This document shows positions 27,860-37,811 of a stretch of 64,000 nt of DNA, piece by piece. The stretch is from a bacterium. GTDB lineage: Bacteria > SAR324 > XYD2-FULL-50-16 > G965216635. The notes beneath the pieces are model-generated. The model was not told the DNA's origin. It did no database searches and saw nothing but the letters and a program-made list of their open reading frames with translations. The DNA lies in contig OZ244188.1 in NCBI GenBank assembly GCA_965216635.1, positions 1,632,001-1,696,000 on the forward strand. The letters run 5' to 3'. The position numbers and the translations under genes were made by a program. The stretch's first letter is position 1. Each line of letters starts with the position of its first letter.

Positions 27860-29254
27860 TTAAAAACTCAAATGGAAGGAGATGCTGATGACGAGGGGTG
27901 CTTTGAGTTCGACATCGGTTTCTGTGGTTGTGGTTGTCTGAGTTCTTGTGGCTCCTGCTGGAGTTATGATTTCGTCTATATATACAGTTCTGCTGAGGAC
28001 TTGGGTTGCTTGTATTCTTCTATCACCGAGCGCAGTGTGATATGTAGCAAATCGAATGTCATCTACAGAACCCGCCGCAATTATTACACCAAATGTTGCT
28101 GAATCGCGTGCAGTCTGCGTTTCTTCAAAAGAGCGTGCACTGGGAGTAGTAGCAGTAGCAGTAGCAGTATTATTAGTGACACTACTTTTTAGAGAAACCC
28201 CCGAAATATACTTCGTCAAGCCGAAATTAAGCGATAGGTTGGAGGTTAATTTCTGCTTATAGCCGACTCTAAGCGCTGGGCTTGTGGCAGAGCCGCTGGT
28301 TAAACTATTGGTAAGCTTCATACTCGCTAGACCGCCTCCTACAAAAAGACCCTTGTTTACAAAATAATCCGCCATAACTAGCGTATTGGCGAGCTCGTTA
28401 GCTCCCCCCTTGCCAGTAAAGTGTGTCAAGGAGGCTCTCCATTTTTCCCACCTAAAGCCGAATTGCAGACCAATACCAGAAAGTTGATCGCTCTTGCTAC
28501 TAGTGATTGCTGTTGGATCCTCAGGTACAGAATTTGGAGTTGGAACTGAATCTGCAGTCGCTATCTTATAAGTAGAAGAATTAAAATCTTCAGTCTTTTG
28601 GAAAAAGTAGCTATAACAATGGGATGTTTCTCCAGTTACCCTTCCTGAACGAAAGTTTTTACTAGGAATAGTTTCGGAGTGAAAAGTTACAGTAGCATCA
28701 TTCGTAGAACTGAGAATATCAGCTAAAGACGGTTTTGTACCAGAATTAAAAGAAAGAAAAGTATCTCCTACAAAAGCGTATTCTCCATTTGAATCAACAG
28801 ATGTTTCACTTCTTTCACAGTTTGCCTCTGTTAAAGTTCTGATTCCAGTTGCTGTTGCATCAGCCCATATAGAATCCCCACCGGTTACGACTATTCTAGA
28901 GGTTGTCACTCCATAGCCTTTATTGCCAAGATCTTCATTGATTCTATAGCCTGTAGTAATAGCGTCTGTGATGGTTGTGATATTTGTGGTGACAGTTTTT
29001 GTGGTATCTACTTTAAAACCATTCAGATAGACAAAACCAGCGAAAAATCCCTGTTTGCTGTTACCATTCGCTTGGGCTTGCAGATTGCTGCCTCCAAAAG
29101 TAAAGGCACTTCCTATAAGAAGAGCGGGAATAAGAATAGCCGCCAAAACGAAACGAACCAAAGTAAAACGAACCAAAACGAAACGAGCCAGAGTAAAACG
29201 AACCAGCGAAAAAGCGAAAGTTTTCCTTAAAACTTGGGAATTTATGTTTTTCAT
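27860..29254 (-). CDS. Outer-membrane beta-barrel family protein with large Thr/Ser-rich loops
   Basis: Signal peptide ending NLQAQ, amphipathic strands (GIGLQFGFRW, GLFVGGGLA, PALRVGYKQ), C-terminal ISFHLSF. Confidence 0.75.
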   Translation of the reverse strand: MKNINSQVLRKTFAFSLVRFTLARFVLVRFTLVRFVLAAILIPALLIGSAFTFGGSNLQAQANGNSKQGFFAGFVYLNGFKVDTTKTVTTNITTITDAITTGYRINEDLGNKGYGVTTSRIVVTGGDSIWADATATGIRTLTEANCERSETSVDSNGEYAFVGDTFLSFNSGTKPSLADILSSTNDATVTFHSETIPSKNFRSGRVTGETSHCYSYFFQKTEDFNSSTYKIATADSVPTPNSVPEDPTAITSSKSDQLSGIGLQFGFRWEKWRASLTHFTGKGGANELANTLVMADYFVNKGLFVGGGLASMKLTNSLTSGSATSPALRVGYKQKLTSNLSLNFGLTKYISGVSLKSSVTNNTATATATTPSARSFEETQTARDSATFGVIIAAGSVDDIRFATYHTALGDRRIQATQVLSRTVYIDEIITPAGATRTQTTTTTETDVELKAPLVISISFHLSF

Positions 29255-29647
29255 AATCGTGTAGATAATTAGAATTTAGGTTAAATAACAAAACTTCATA
29301 AAGAATTGCAGAAAAAAAAAATCTTGTCAATGGCTTTATTTTATATTTAGTGGCTATTGGCAGTTTTTTTCTGTTTCTAGCTATTTTTTATTAGAATTGC
29401 AGAAAAAAATTTTCTTGTCAAGCTATTTTATTGGCTATTGGCAGTTTTTTTCTATTTTACAGATTTTTCTTAATAATCAAAGGTCTATATTCTATAGAAT
29501 TTAGCAAGAAAAACAAAAAAACTAGTAATCTCCTCGCTCAATCGCTTACTTATGAGATTTGTTGAATTAGTTTCTAAAATGAGATAATAGTATAATAGAC
29601 CTTTTGAAGGTAATCTTCAATAATAACATACTCCAGAAAAACTCAAA

Positions 29648-29670
29648 TGGCAAAAAACATAACCCCGCAA
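29648..29670 (+). repeat. Left 23-bp direct repeat (orphaned proS 5' end)
   Basis: TGGCAAAAAACATAACCCCGCAA identical to 32889-32911; ATG at 29647. Confidence 0.9.
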
Positions 29671-29719
29671 ATATCGTCAAAGCGAAATGCTAAAAAACTA
29701 AATTTTATAACAAAAAAAT

Positions 29720-32700
29720 ATGGCTATTGAAATATTAAAAAATCGTTGGGAACAAGATAGAGAATCTTTCAAAAATAAAGAAATAGGCGAACTACAGGAT
29801 TTTATTAGAGAAATATTGCAGGAAAAAAAATTATTTAATTTAAGACAAGGTAATCTTTCCTCTGCAGATGAGCATAGAGAAAATGAATTTACCATTGAAA
29901 CAGCAAAAAAAACTAGAAGGGCTGACTTTGTGATTTTTATCAAAGGAGTAGATATAGTAATTCCTGTAGAAGTTGAAAAGCACGGCAGTATTGAAAAAGG
30001 AGAAGAGCAACTTTTTCAATACCAAAGAGATTGGGATAAAAAATATGGAATTTTAACCGATGGCAATCAATGGAGGTTTTACCGTTCTAATATTCCCAGT
30101 AAACCTTTTTTTATACAAGATATATTCAATAACCCGCAAGATTTTATTACCTATTGGCAAAATTACATTAAACTTGAAAATTATTATCCAGAATGTTTTG
30201 CTCCATCAGATCAACTTTTCAATGCTGCTAAAATTGATCTCAATAAAAAAGAAAATAGAGAATTATTTTTTGATGATGTTACTAAAGTAATAAGAAACTT
30301 CAGAGGAAAGATGAAAGCCATTGGAGCTTTTGATACTCTACTAACCATAACAGAAAATGATAAACTTGCTGTGGAAACCTCTTACGCTTATCTCATTCAA
30401 TTTATTTTGTATAAAGTTTTAGTGGATAATGATTATAAAAAATTCAAGGGTGAATACAATAAGATGGTTGGAAATATAAAAAAAGCATTGTTGGATAAAA
30501 GCTATTATTTGCTAATTAGCAATGAAATGAAAAATATTTCTGAGTATATTTCACAGAATATTTACAATCCTTTTTCCAAAGAACAAAAATCTATCAATGC
30601 TAAACTTATTGAAAATTTGAAAACTGAGCTATCCATTGATGACATTGCTCCTTGGTTAGATATAATCTTATTTATCAAAAAATATGATTTTTCAAGACTT
30701 AAAAATGAGATTTTTGGCTTTATCTATGAAAATTATCTAAAAGAATTATACCAAGATAAAAACAAAGGGCAGTATTTCACAGACCCTGCAGTAGTGAATT
30801 TTATGATTGAAGAAATCGGCTATACAAAAGACGAAATTAAAAAAAAAGTTGCAGAGAAAAAAATATCTATTATTGATGCGAGTTGTGGGGCGGGAACTTT
30901 TCTTTACAGCGCTGTGGATAGACTCATTGATAGCTTTGACGACGGCAGAAAAGATCAAGCTAAACATATAGAAGAACTAATTGATAAAAATATTTTCGGA
31001 CTGGACATAGCAGAGTTTCCTTTATACTTAGCGGAGATGAATATTTTGATGAGAATGTTGCCATTAATCGTCAACAATAACTATGAAAATCCTATAAGCA
31101 ATAAATTAAAAATTTTTAAAACTAAAGACAGCATTGCTGAGTTTTTGGAGACAGGTATTAATGCAACAGTGGAAGAAAAAATTAGTTTGTTTGAACACCT
31201 TGAAAAGACAGATTTGGGTTATCGTTCTTTTATGAGAAGCGATGAAGATTTAAAAGAAATGTTAGAATCTATGCAAGCAAACGGAATAAAACGGGGCAGG
31301 TTTGACTATGTAATAGGCAATCCACCTTATGTTGGTTATCTTGAATGTTGCAAACAAAAAATAGAATTTATCCAAAAAATTAAAGATAAAAAAGATGCCT
31401 CTATTACTTTAGGCAATGTCTACGGTATGAATTTACACTCTATACCAAACAATGGAAAAAAATATAGACCCAATCCTAATTTGTATGCTTTTTTTATTGC
31501 ACTAGGGTTAGCTCTTTTAAAAGACAACGGAAAAATGGCGTACATTATACCGCAAACTATTCTTACCGCTGGAGATTTGGATGTTTTAAGATATCATCTT
31601 TCTAATTTAACAACCATTGAAAAAATTATAACCTTTGAAGGCAATATGTTTATAGGAAGAGGTTTAAAACAAAACAGACCAGTACCTACTTCGTCTTTGA
31701 TTTTTGTTTTAAAAAAAAGCAAACCTAAAGAAAACCATAGAGTCCAAATTGTAAATTACAAACCCTACACAAAAAAACAAGGGACAGACTTTGCAGAATA
31801 CATAAACTCAAAAAATAAAAGCACAAAAGAAATTTTACAAAATGAACTAATAGAAAATATTGCAAATTGGAATTTTATAAAACAAAGCAATCATTTTATA
31901 AATCTTATAAAAAAATATAACCAGCAAGAAAATATTAGTTATTATTATAACCATAAATTAGCTAATAGTTTATTCAAAAGTAATTTCTATTTTGATGGAG
32001 GCTATAATATAGATGAAAAACAAAGGTTAAAAACTAAAAGTTTTTACGAGTATCCAAGAGCTAATAATAATTTTTATAGTATTAAAGATAATGCGGGATA
32101 TTGGGAAAATGTTAGAGATGATAAAGAACATAAAAATTATATCGGTTTATGTCAAGGCAATCAAGAATATTTATTTTTGGATTCTAAATACAAAGTGATA
32201 TGGACTTATGCCAATTCAAAAAGATTTTTTTTTACTAACAAACCTTTGATTTGGGCTAGAAATCAATTCCGTGGTATAGGTAGTAATAATAAAGATGAAA
32301 TTCTATATTTATTTGCCTTGTTAAATTCTTTGTTGAATGTTTTTATTTTGAAAAAATTCCTTATATCACAAAATGAGAAAGATTTTTTATTATCTTCACA
32401 TTCAATAAAAAATTTCATAAAAATTCCTAAAATAACAGATGATAACAAAGAGGTAAAACAAGAAATTATAAAACAAACAGAAGCGCTTTTAGCTTTGGAA
32501 GATTTACAATTAAAAGATTTTGTTGACTTTACAATTAGCAAACAAAAGTTCAAACAGGTAGTAATAGAAAATGATAGTCTTATTTTAATAGACTCAGAAA
32601 ACAAAAAATATCCTCAAAAAATAAACTCAGAAGTAGGATTTATTAGAGATTTGATTGAGGAGACCTATAACCAAAAATTTTTACCAGAAATTTTATTGCA

Positions 32701-32878
32701 AGATTTAAAATACATAGCTGCAATAGACAAACAAGAACAAGCATCAATCAAGGACTATATTGACGATTTGGTTTTTGCTTTATATTTTAATATACCCATC
32801 AAAAAAATTGGTATACAAGAGGCTAGCAATATAAAAACCCAGTGCCTTAAAAATCAATACTATCAATACATTCATTAA
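29720..32878 (+). CDS. Type IIG (Eco57I-like) fused restriction-modification enzyme
   Basis: N-terminal ADFVI...VEVEK and GILTDG; GQYFT, DASCGAGTFL, GNPPY; C-terminal TRD-like region. Confidence 0.88.
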   Translation: MAIEILKNRWEQDRESFKNKEIGELQDFIREILQEKKLFNLRQGNLSSADEHRENEFTIETAKKTRRADFVIFIKGVDIVIPVEVEKHGSIEKGEEQLFQYQRDWDKKYGILTDGNQWRFYRSNIPSKPFFIQDIFNNPQDFITYWQNYIKLENYYPECFAPSDQLFNAAKIDLNKKENRELFFDDVTKVIRNFRGKMKAIGAFDTLLTITENDKLAVETSYAYLIQFILYKVLVDNDYKKFKGEYNKMVGNIKKALLDKSYYLLISNEMKNISEYISQNIYNPFSKEQKSINAKLIENLKTELSIDDIAPWLDIILFIKKYDFSRLKNEIFGFIYENYLKELYQDKNKGQYFTDPAVVNFMIEEIGYTKDEIKKKVAEKKISIIDASCGAGTFLYSAVDRLIDSFDDGRKDQAKHIEELIDKNIFGLDIAEFPLYLAEMNILMRMLPLIVNNNYENPISNKLKIFKTKDSIAEFLETGINATVEEKISLFEHLEKTDLGYRSFMRSDEDLKEMLESMQANGIKRGRFDYVIGNPPYVGYLECCKQKIEFIQKIKDKKDASITLGNVYGMNLHSIPNNGKKYRPNPNLYAFFIALGLALLKDNGKMAYIIPQTILTAGDLDVLRYHLSNLTTIEKIITFEGNMFIGRGLKQNRPVPTSSLIFVLKKSKPKENHRVQIVNYKPYTKKQGTDFAEYINSKNKSTKEILQNELIENIANWNFIKQSNHFINLIKKYNQQENISYYYNHKLANSLFKSNFYFDGGYNIDEKQRLKTKSFYEYPRANNNFYSIKDNAGYWENVRDDKEHKNYIGLCQGNQEYLFLDSKYKVIWTYANSKRFFFTNKPLIWARNQFRGIGSNNKDEILYLFALLNSLLNVFILKKFLISQNEKDFLLSSHSIKNFIKIPKITDDNKEVKQEIIKQTEALLALEDLQLKDFVDFTISKQKFKQVVIENDSLILIDSENKKYPQKINSEVGFIRDLIEETYNQKFLPEILLQDLKYIAAIDKQEQASIKDYIDDLVFALYFNIPIKKIGIQEASNIKTQCLKNQYYQYIH

Positions 32879-32887
32879 AAACAAAAA

Positions 32888-34339
32888 GTGGCAAAAAACA
32901 TAACCCCGCAAGAAAAAAATTTTTCTCAGTGGTATCTAGACCTCATTTTTGCAGGAGAATTGGCAGACTATGCTCCTGTCAGAGGTTGTATGATAATCCG
33001 TCCTACTGGTTTTGAGATTTGGGAAAAAATGCAGGCAATTTTGGATAGAATGTTTAAAGAAACAGGACATCAAAACGCCTATTTTCCGCTCCTTATTCCG
33101 ACAAGTTTTTTAAAAAAAGAAAGCCAACATGTAGAAGGTTTTTCTCCTGAGTTAGCCATAGTTACTCACGGAGGAGGAAACCAACTAGAAGAGCCACTTG
33201 CTGTACGTCCCACATCGGAAACCATTATCGGTCATACCTACGCTAAGTGGTTAAAAAGCTATCGTGATCTACCTATTCTTATTAATCAATGGTGCAATGT
33301 TTTGCGCTGGGAAATGAGAACCAGATTGTTTTTAAGAACCTCAGAATTTTTATGGCAAGAAGGGCATACAGCTCACGAGACAGAAAAAGAAGCTCAAGAA
33401 GAAACCTTAAAAATGCTCCAAGTCTACAAGACTTTTTTAGAAGAATACTGTGCTATTCCAGTGATTACTGGATTAAAACCAGAGCACGAAAAATTCCCCG
33501 GAGCACTAATGACCTATACACTGGAAGCTATGATGCAGGATAAAAAATTTTTGCAATCTGGAACTTCGCACAACCTAGGGCAGAATTTCGCGAAAGCCTT
33601 TGATATAAAATTTTTAAATCGTAGTAATAAAATGGAATGTGCATGGACTACCAGTTGGGGAGTGTCTACTCGTATGATAGGAGGAGTAATTATGGCACAC
33701 GGAGATAACGATGGCTTGATACTCCCTCCCAAAATTGCCAGCACTCAAATCGTTCTGGTGCCTATTTTTCCTGTTCTTAAAGATGGGGGCGAATCTGAAA
33801 AAACACAAATTTTAGAATACAGTGATAAAATTTTTCAAAGGCTTACCCAGAAGTTTGATAGTTTGCTCATACAAACAGATAAACAGCATCATTTAAGAGC
33901 AAGCGATAGGTTTTTTTATTGGATTCAAAAGGGAGTGCCGTTAAGAATTGAAATAGGAATGAGAGAAGTAAGCCAAAAAAATGCTGTTCTAGTGCGACGA
34001 GATAACAGAGAAAAACTCGTAGCTACTTTAGATAATATCACCGAAGTAGCAGAGAAAAAACTCCAAGAAATACAAGAATCTCTGTACCAAAAAGCCTTAA
34101 AGTTTCAGCAGCAAAACACAGTTTTTTTAGAAAATTTTACTGCAATGCAAGATTTTTTTGAAAAACAAGGGGGAGCAGTAGAAGCCTACTGGGACGGAAC
34201 AAAAGAAAGTGCTCACCTGATCCAAGAGAAAACCAAAGCCACTGTCCGCCTGATTTTAGAGGATAATATAAAGGAAAGAAAATGTATTTTTTCTAGAAAA
34301 ACAGCCTTATTTAAGGTGATTTTTGGAGTAGCGTATTAG
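32888..34339 (+). CDS. proS: Proline--tRNA ligase (archaeal/eukaryote-like type)
   Basis: FSQWY, VRGCM, RPTSET, LRWEMRTRLFLRTSEFLWQEGHT, GTSHNLGQNF, SWGVSTR, C-terminal AY. Confidence 0.97.
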   Translation: MAKNITPQEKNFSQWYLDLIFAGELADYAPVRGCMIIRPTGFEIWEKMQAILDRMFKETGHQNAYFPLLIPTSFLKKESQHVEGFSPELAIVTHGGGNQLEEPLAVRPTSETIIGHTYAKWLKSYRDLPILINQWCNVLRWEMRTRLFLRTSEFLWQEGHTAHETEKEAQEETLKMLQVYKTFLEEYCAIPVITGLKPEHEKFPGALMTYTLEAMMQDKKFLQSGTSHNLGQNFAKAFDIKFLNRSNKMECAWTTSWGVSTRMIGGVIMAHGDNDGLILPPKIASTQIVLVPIFPVLKDGGESEKTQILEYSDKIFQRLTQKFDSLLIQTDKQHHLRASDRFFYWIQKGVPLRIEIGMREVSQKNAVLVRRDNREKLVATLDNITEVAEKKLQEIQESLYQKALKFQQQNTVFLENFTAMQDFFEKQGGAVEAYWDGTKESAHLIQEKTKATVRLILEDNIKERKCIFSRKTALFKVIFGVAY

Positions 34340-34537
34340 ATTATTCTTCCTTTGTGTTTTTCTATCAGAAAAAAATGCTAAATTATTTTATAGACAGCAA
34401 AAGTGACCTGGAAAAGTTGCTGGATAAATTATTGGGAAGTTTTATTATACCCATATTCGCTAGTATTTTCTTTATCTTAAAAACACTGTAAAATTTCCCT
34501 TGCTATTTTTAAAATTTTAGAATATTTTATATTGTAT

Positions 34538-34610
34538 AGACTTTTGAATTTGCATTCTATTTAGCCAAAACAAGCTTATTGCTTGACGCTTTTTATGGGC
34601 TATTTAGAAT
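34538..34610 (+). promoter_or_regulatory. MITE-end-derived hybrid promoter (repeated before each array gene)
   Basis: MITE end starts at 34538; TTGACG (34583) + 16 bp + TAGAAT (34605). Confidence 0.6.
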
Positions 34611-34636
34611 ATTTTTAACCTATTTGAAAAACATTT

Positions 34637-35014
34637 ATGTCCTCTATGAATTTAGAAATTTATGATGCTCTTATTCAATCTAAATTTCCAGAAAAACCAG
34701 CCCGCACAATAGCTGTGGTTTTAGAGAAAGAAACGAAGAAAGAAGCACGAGAAGTAAATATCAATCTAAGCAAAGAAATCCGAGAAGCAAAAAAAGAACT
34801 TAAAGCAGAAATCCAAGAAGTAAAAGCAGAACTCAGGGGAGAAATCCAAGGAGTAAAAACAGAACTTAAAGCAGAAATCCAAGAAGTAAAAGTAGAAATC
34901 CAAGGAGTAAGAGGAGATATTATAAAATTACAGAAAGAAATGCTGCTTGTTAAGTGGATGCTGGGATTGATTATTATAGCTGTGGTTATTCCTTTAGTAG
35001 AAAGATTATTTTAA
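34637..35014 (+). CDS. Membrane-anchored coiled-coil protein (CCDC90/DUF1640/Bdr-like), copy 1, 125 aa
   Basis: Conserved head, KAEIQEV-type repeats, C-terminal TM VKWMLGLIIIAVVIPLV. Confidence 0.8.
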   Translation: MSSMNLEIYDALIQSKFPEKPARTIAVVLEKETKKEAREVNINLSKEIREAKKELKAEIQEVKAELRGEIQGVKTELKAEIQEVKVEIQGVRGDIIKLQKEMLLVKWMLGLIIIAVVIPLVERLF

Positions 35015-35113
35015 GCTGAGAACTTTGAATTAGCATTCTGTCTTAGCCTAGCTTATTGCTTGACGCTTTTTATAGGCTATTTAGAATATTTTTAACCTAT
35101 TTGTAAAACAATT

Positions 35114-35545
35114 ATGTCCTCTATGAATTTAGAAATTTATGATGCTCTTATTCAATCTAAATTTCCAGAAAAACCAGCCCGCACAATAGCTGTAGTTTTA
35201 GAGAAAGAAACGAAGAAAGAAGCACGAGAAGTAAAGATCAATCTAAGCAAAGAAATCCGAGAAGCAAAAAAAGAACTTAAAGCAGAAATCCAAGGAGTAA
35301 AAACAGAACTCAGGGGAGAAATCCAAGGAGTAAAAGTAGAACTTAAAGCAGAAATCCAAGAAGTAAAATCAGAAATCCAAGAAGTAAAATCAGAAATCCA
35401 AGAAGTAAAAGCAGAACTCAGGGGAGAAATCCAAGAAGGAAGAGGAGATACTATAAAATTACAGAAAGAGATGCTGCTTGTTAAGTGGATGCTGGGATTG
35501 ATTATTATAGCTGTGGTTATTCCTTTAGTAGAAAGATTATTTTAA
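35114..35545 (+). CDS. Coiled-coil array copy 2, 143 aa
   Basis: Same head and anchor as copy 1, longer stalk. Confidence 0.8.
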   Translation: MSSMNLEIYDALIQSKFPEKPARTIAVVLEKETKKEAREVKINLSKEIREAKKELKAEIQGVKTELRGEIQGVKVELKAEIQEVKSEIQEVKSEIQEVKAELRGEIQEGRGDTIKLQKEMLLVKWMLGLIIIAVVIPLVERLF

Positions 35546-35648
35546 GCTGAGAACTTTGAATTAGCATTCTGTTTAGCCAAAACTAGCTTATTGCTTGACG
35601 CTTTTTATGGGCTATTTAGAATATTTTTAACCTATTTGTAAAACAATT

Positions 35649-35939
35649 ATGTCCTCTATGAATTTAGAAATTTATGATGCTCTTATTCAATCTAAATTTC
35701 CAGAAAAACCAGCCCGCACAATAGCTGTAGTTTTAGAGAAAGAAACGAAGAAAGAAGCACAAGAAGTAAAGATCAATCTAAGCAAAGAAATCCGAGAAGC
35801 AAAAAAAGAACTTAAAGCAGAAATCCAAGAAGTAAGAGGAGATACTATAAAATTACAGAAAGAGATGCTGCTTGTTAAGTGGATGCTGGGATTGATTATT
35901 ATAGCTGTGGTTATTCCTTTAGTAGAAAGATTATTTTAA
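35649..35939 (+). CDS. Coiled-coil array copy 3, 96 aa
   Basis: Same head and anchor, shortest stalk. Confidence 0.8.
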   Translation: MSSMNLEIYDALIQSKFPEKPARTIAVVLEKETKKEAQEVKINLSKEIREAKKELKAEIQEVRGDTIKLQKEMLLVKWMLGLIIIAVVIPLVERLF

Positions 35940-36037
35940 GCTGAGACCTTTGAATTAGCATTCTGTTTAGCCTAGCTTATTGCTTGACGCTTTTTATGGG
36001 CTATTTAGAATATTTTTAACCTATTTGTAAAACAGTT

Positions 36038-36361
36038 ATGTCCTCTATGAATTTAGAAATTTATGATGCTCTTATTCAATCTAAATTTCCAGAAAAACCA
36101 GCCCGTACAATAGCTGTAGTTTTAGAGAAAGAAACGAAGAAAGAAGCACAAGAAGTAAATATCAATCTAAGTAAAGAAATCCGAGAAGCAAAAAAAGAAC
36201 TTAAAGCAGAAATCCAAGGAGTAAAAACAGAACTTAAAGCAGAAATCCAAGAAGGAAGAGGAGATACTATAAAATTACAGAAAGAGATGCTGCTTGTTAA
36301 GTGGATGCTGGGATTGATTATTATAGCTGTAGTTATTCCTTTAGTAGAAAGATTATTTTAA
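36038..36361 (+). CDS. Coiled-coil array copy 4, 107 aa
   Basis: Same head and anchor. Confidence 0.8.
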   Translation: MSSMNLEIYDALIQSKFPEKPARTIAVVLEKETKKEAQEVNINLSKEIREAKKELKAEIQGVKTELKAEIQEGRGDTIKLQKEMLLVKWMLGLIIIAVVIPLVERLF

Positions 36362-36492
36362 GCTGAGACCTTTGAATTTGCGTTCTTTTTAGCCTAGCTT
36401 ATTGCTTGACGCTTTTTATAGGCTATTTAGAATATTTTATTTGTATTTTTAGAAAATTTTAATTGTATTTTTAACCTATTTGTAAAACAATT

Positions 36493-36858
36493 ATGTCCTC
36501 TATGAATTTAGAAATTTATGATGCTCTTATTCAATCTAAATTTCCAGAAAAACCAGCCCGCACAATAGCTGTAGTTTTAGAGAAAGAAACGAAGAAAGAA
36601 GCACAAGAAGTAAAGATCAATCTAAGCGAAGAAATCCGAGAAGTAAAAGCAGAAATCCGAGAAGCAAAAAAAGAACTTAAAGCAGAAATCCAAGAAGTAA
36701 GAGGAGAAATCCAAGAAGTAAAAACAGAACTCAGGGGAGAAATACAAGAAGTAAGAGGAGATACTATAAAATTACAGAAAGAGATGCTGCTTGTTAAGTG
36801 GATGCTGGGATTGATTATTATAGCTGTGGTTATTCCTTTAGTAGAAAGATTATTTTAA
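36493..36858 (+). CDS. Coiled-coil array copy 5, 121 aa
   Basis: Same head and anchor. Confidence 0.8.
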   Translation: MSSMNLEIYDALIQSKFPEKPARTIAVVLEKETKKEAQEVKINLSEEIREVKAEIREAKKELKAEIQEVRGEIQEVKTELRGEIQEVRGDTIKLQKEMLLVKWMLGLIIIAVVIPLVERLF

Positions 36859-36945
36859 GCTGAGACCTTTGAATTAGCATTCTGTCTTAGCCTAGCTTAT
36901 TGCTTGACGCTTTTTATGGGCTATTTAGAATATTTTATATTGTAT

Positions 36946-37098
36946 AGACCTTTGAATTTCGCTGATGTGACGGCTAGCCAAATGGTTAGAACAGGTGCGA
37001 AAAAAATTTTTAGCTCGCAGGAATACTCAAGTATTTCAAGAGTTAAAAATTTTTTTTCAACGCTGTATAGGCTAAACAGAACGCAAATTCAAAAGTCT
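36946..37098. mobile_element. MITE with 7-bp TSD (ATTGTAT) inside the array
   Basis: TIRs plus ATTGTAT at 36939-36945 and 37099-37105. Confidence 0.9.
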
Positions 37099-37129
37099 AT
37101 TGTATTTTTAACCTATTTGTAAAACAATT

Positions 37130-37549
37130 ATGTCCTCTATGAATTTAGAAATTTATGATGCTCTTATTCAATCTAAATTTCCAGAAAAACCAGCCCGCAC
37201 AATAGCTGTAGTTTTAGAGAAAGAAACGAAGAAAGAAGCACAAGAAGTAAAGATCAATCTAAGCAAAGAAATCCGAGAAGCAAAAGCAGAAATCCGAGAA
37301 GCAAAAAAAGAACTTAAAGCAGAAATCCAAGAAGTAAGAGGAGAAATCCAAGAAGTAAAAACAGAACTCAGGGGAGAAATCCAAGAAGTAAAAACAGAAC
37401 TTAAAGCAGAAATCCAAGAAGTAAAATTAGAAATCCAAGAAGGAAGAGGAGATACTATAAAATTACAGAAAGAAATGCTGCTTGTTAAGTGGATGCTGGG
37501 ATTGATTATTATAGCTGTGGTTATTCCTTTAGTAGAAAGATTATTTTAA
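37130..37549 (+). CDS. Coiled-coil array copy 6, 139 aa
   Basis: Same head and anchor. Confidence 0.8.
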   Translation: MSSMNLEIYDALIQSKFPEKPARTIAVVLEKETKKEAQEVKINLSKEIREAKAEIREAKKELKAEIQEVRGEIQEVKTELRGEIQEVKTELKAEIQEVKLEIQEGRGDTIKLQKEMLLVKWMLGLIIIAVVIPLVERLF

Positions 37550-37553
37550 GCTG

Positions 37554-37808
37554 AGACCTTTGAATTTGCGTTCTGTTTAGCCAAAACAATCGTTGAAAAA
37601 ATTTTTTTACTCGCGGGAATACTGGAGTATTTCAAGAGTTAAAAACTTTTTTTTTTAATGCGTAATGCCACAATAATGGGACCAGGCACTACAAAATTTG
37701 CATTAAGCAAGAATAAACTGTAAAATAGCCCTTTGGCTGTTTCACAAATAGCCCATAAAAAACGTCAAGCAATAAGCTAGGCTAAACAGAACACTAATGC
37801 AAAGGTCT
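37554..37808. mobile_element. MITE closing the array
   Basis: AGACCTTTGAATTTGCG ... TAATGCAAAGGTCT; its right ~65 bp is the reverse complement of the inter-gene fragments; no TSD. Confidence 0.85.
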
Positions 37809-37811
37809 CTT

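Noticed and set aside
34538..37808. CRISPR array or integron cassette array
   Set aside because: Units are whole paralogous genes separated by MITE ends; there are no unique spacers, attC-type sites, cas genes or integrase
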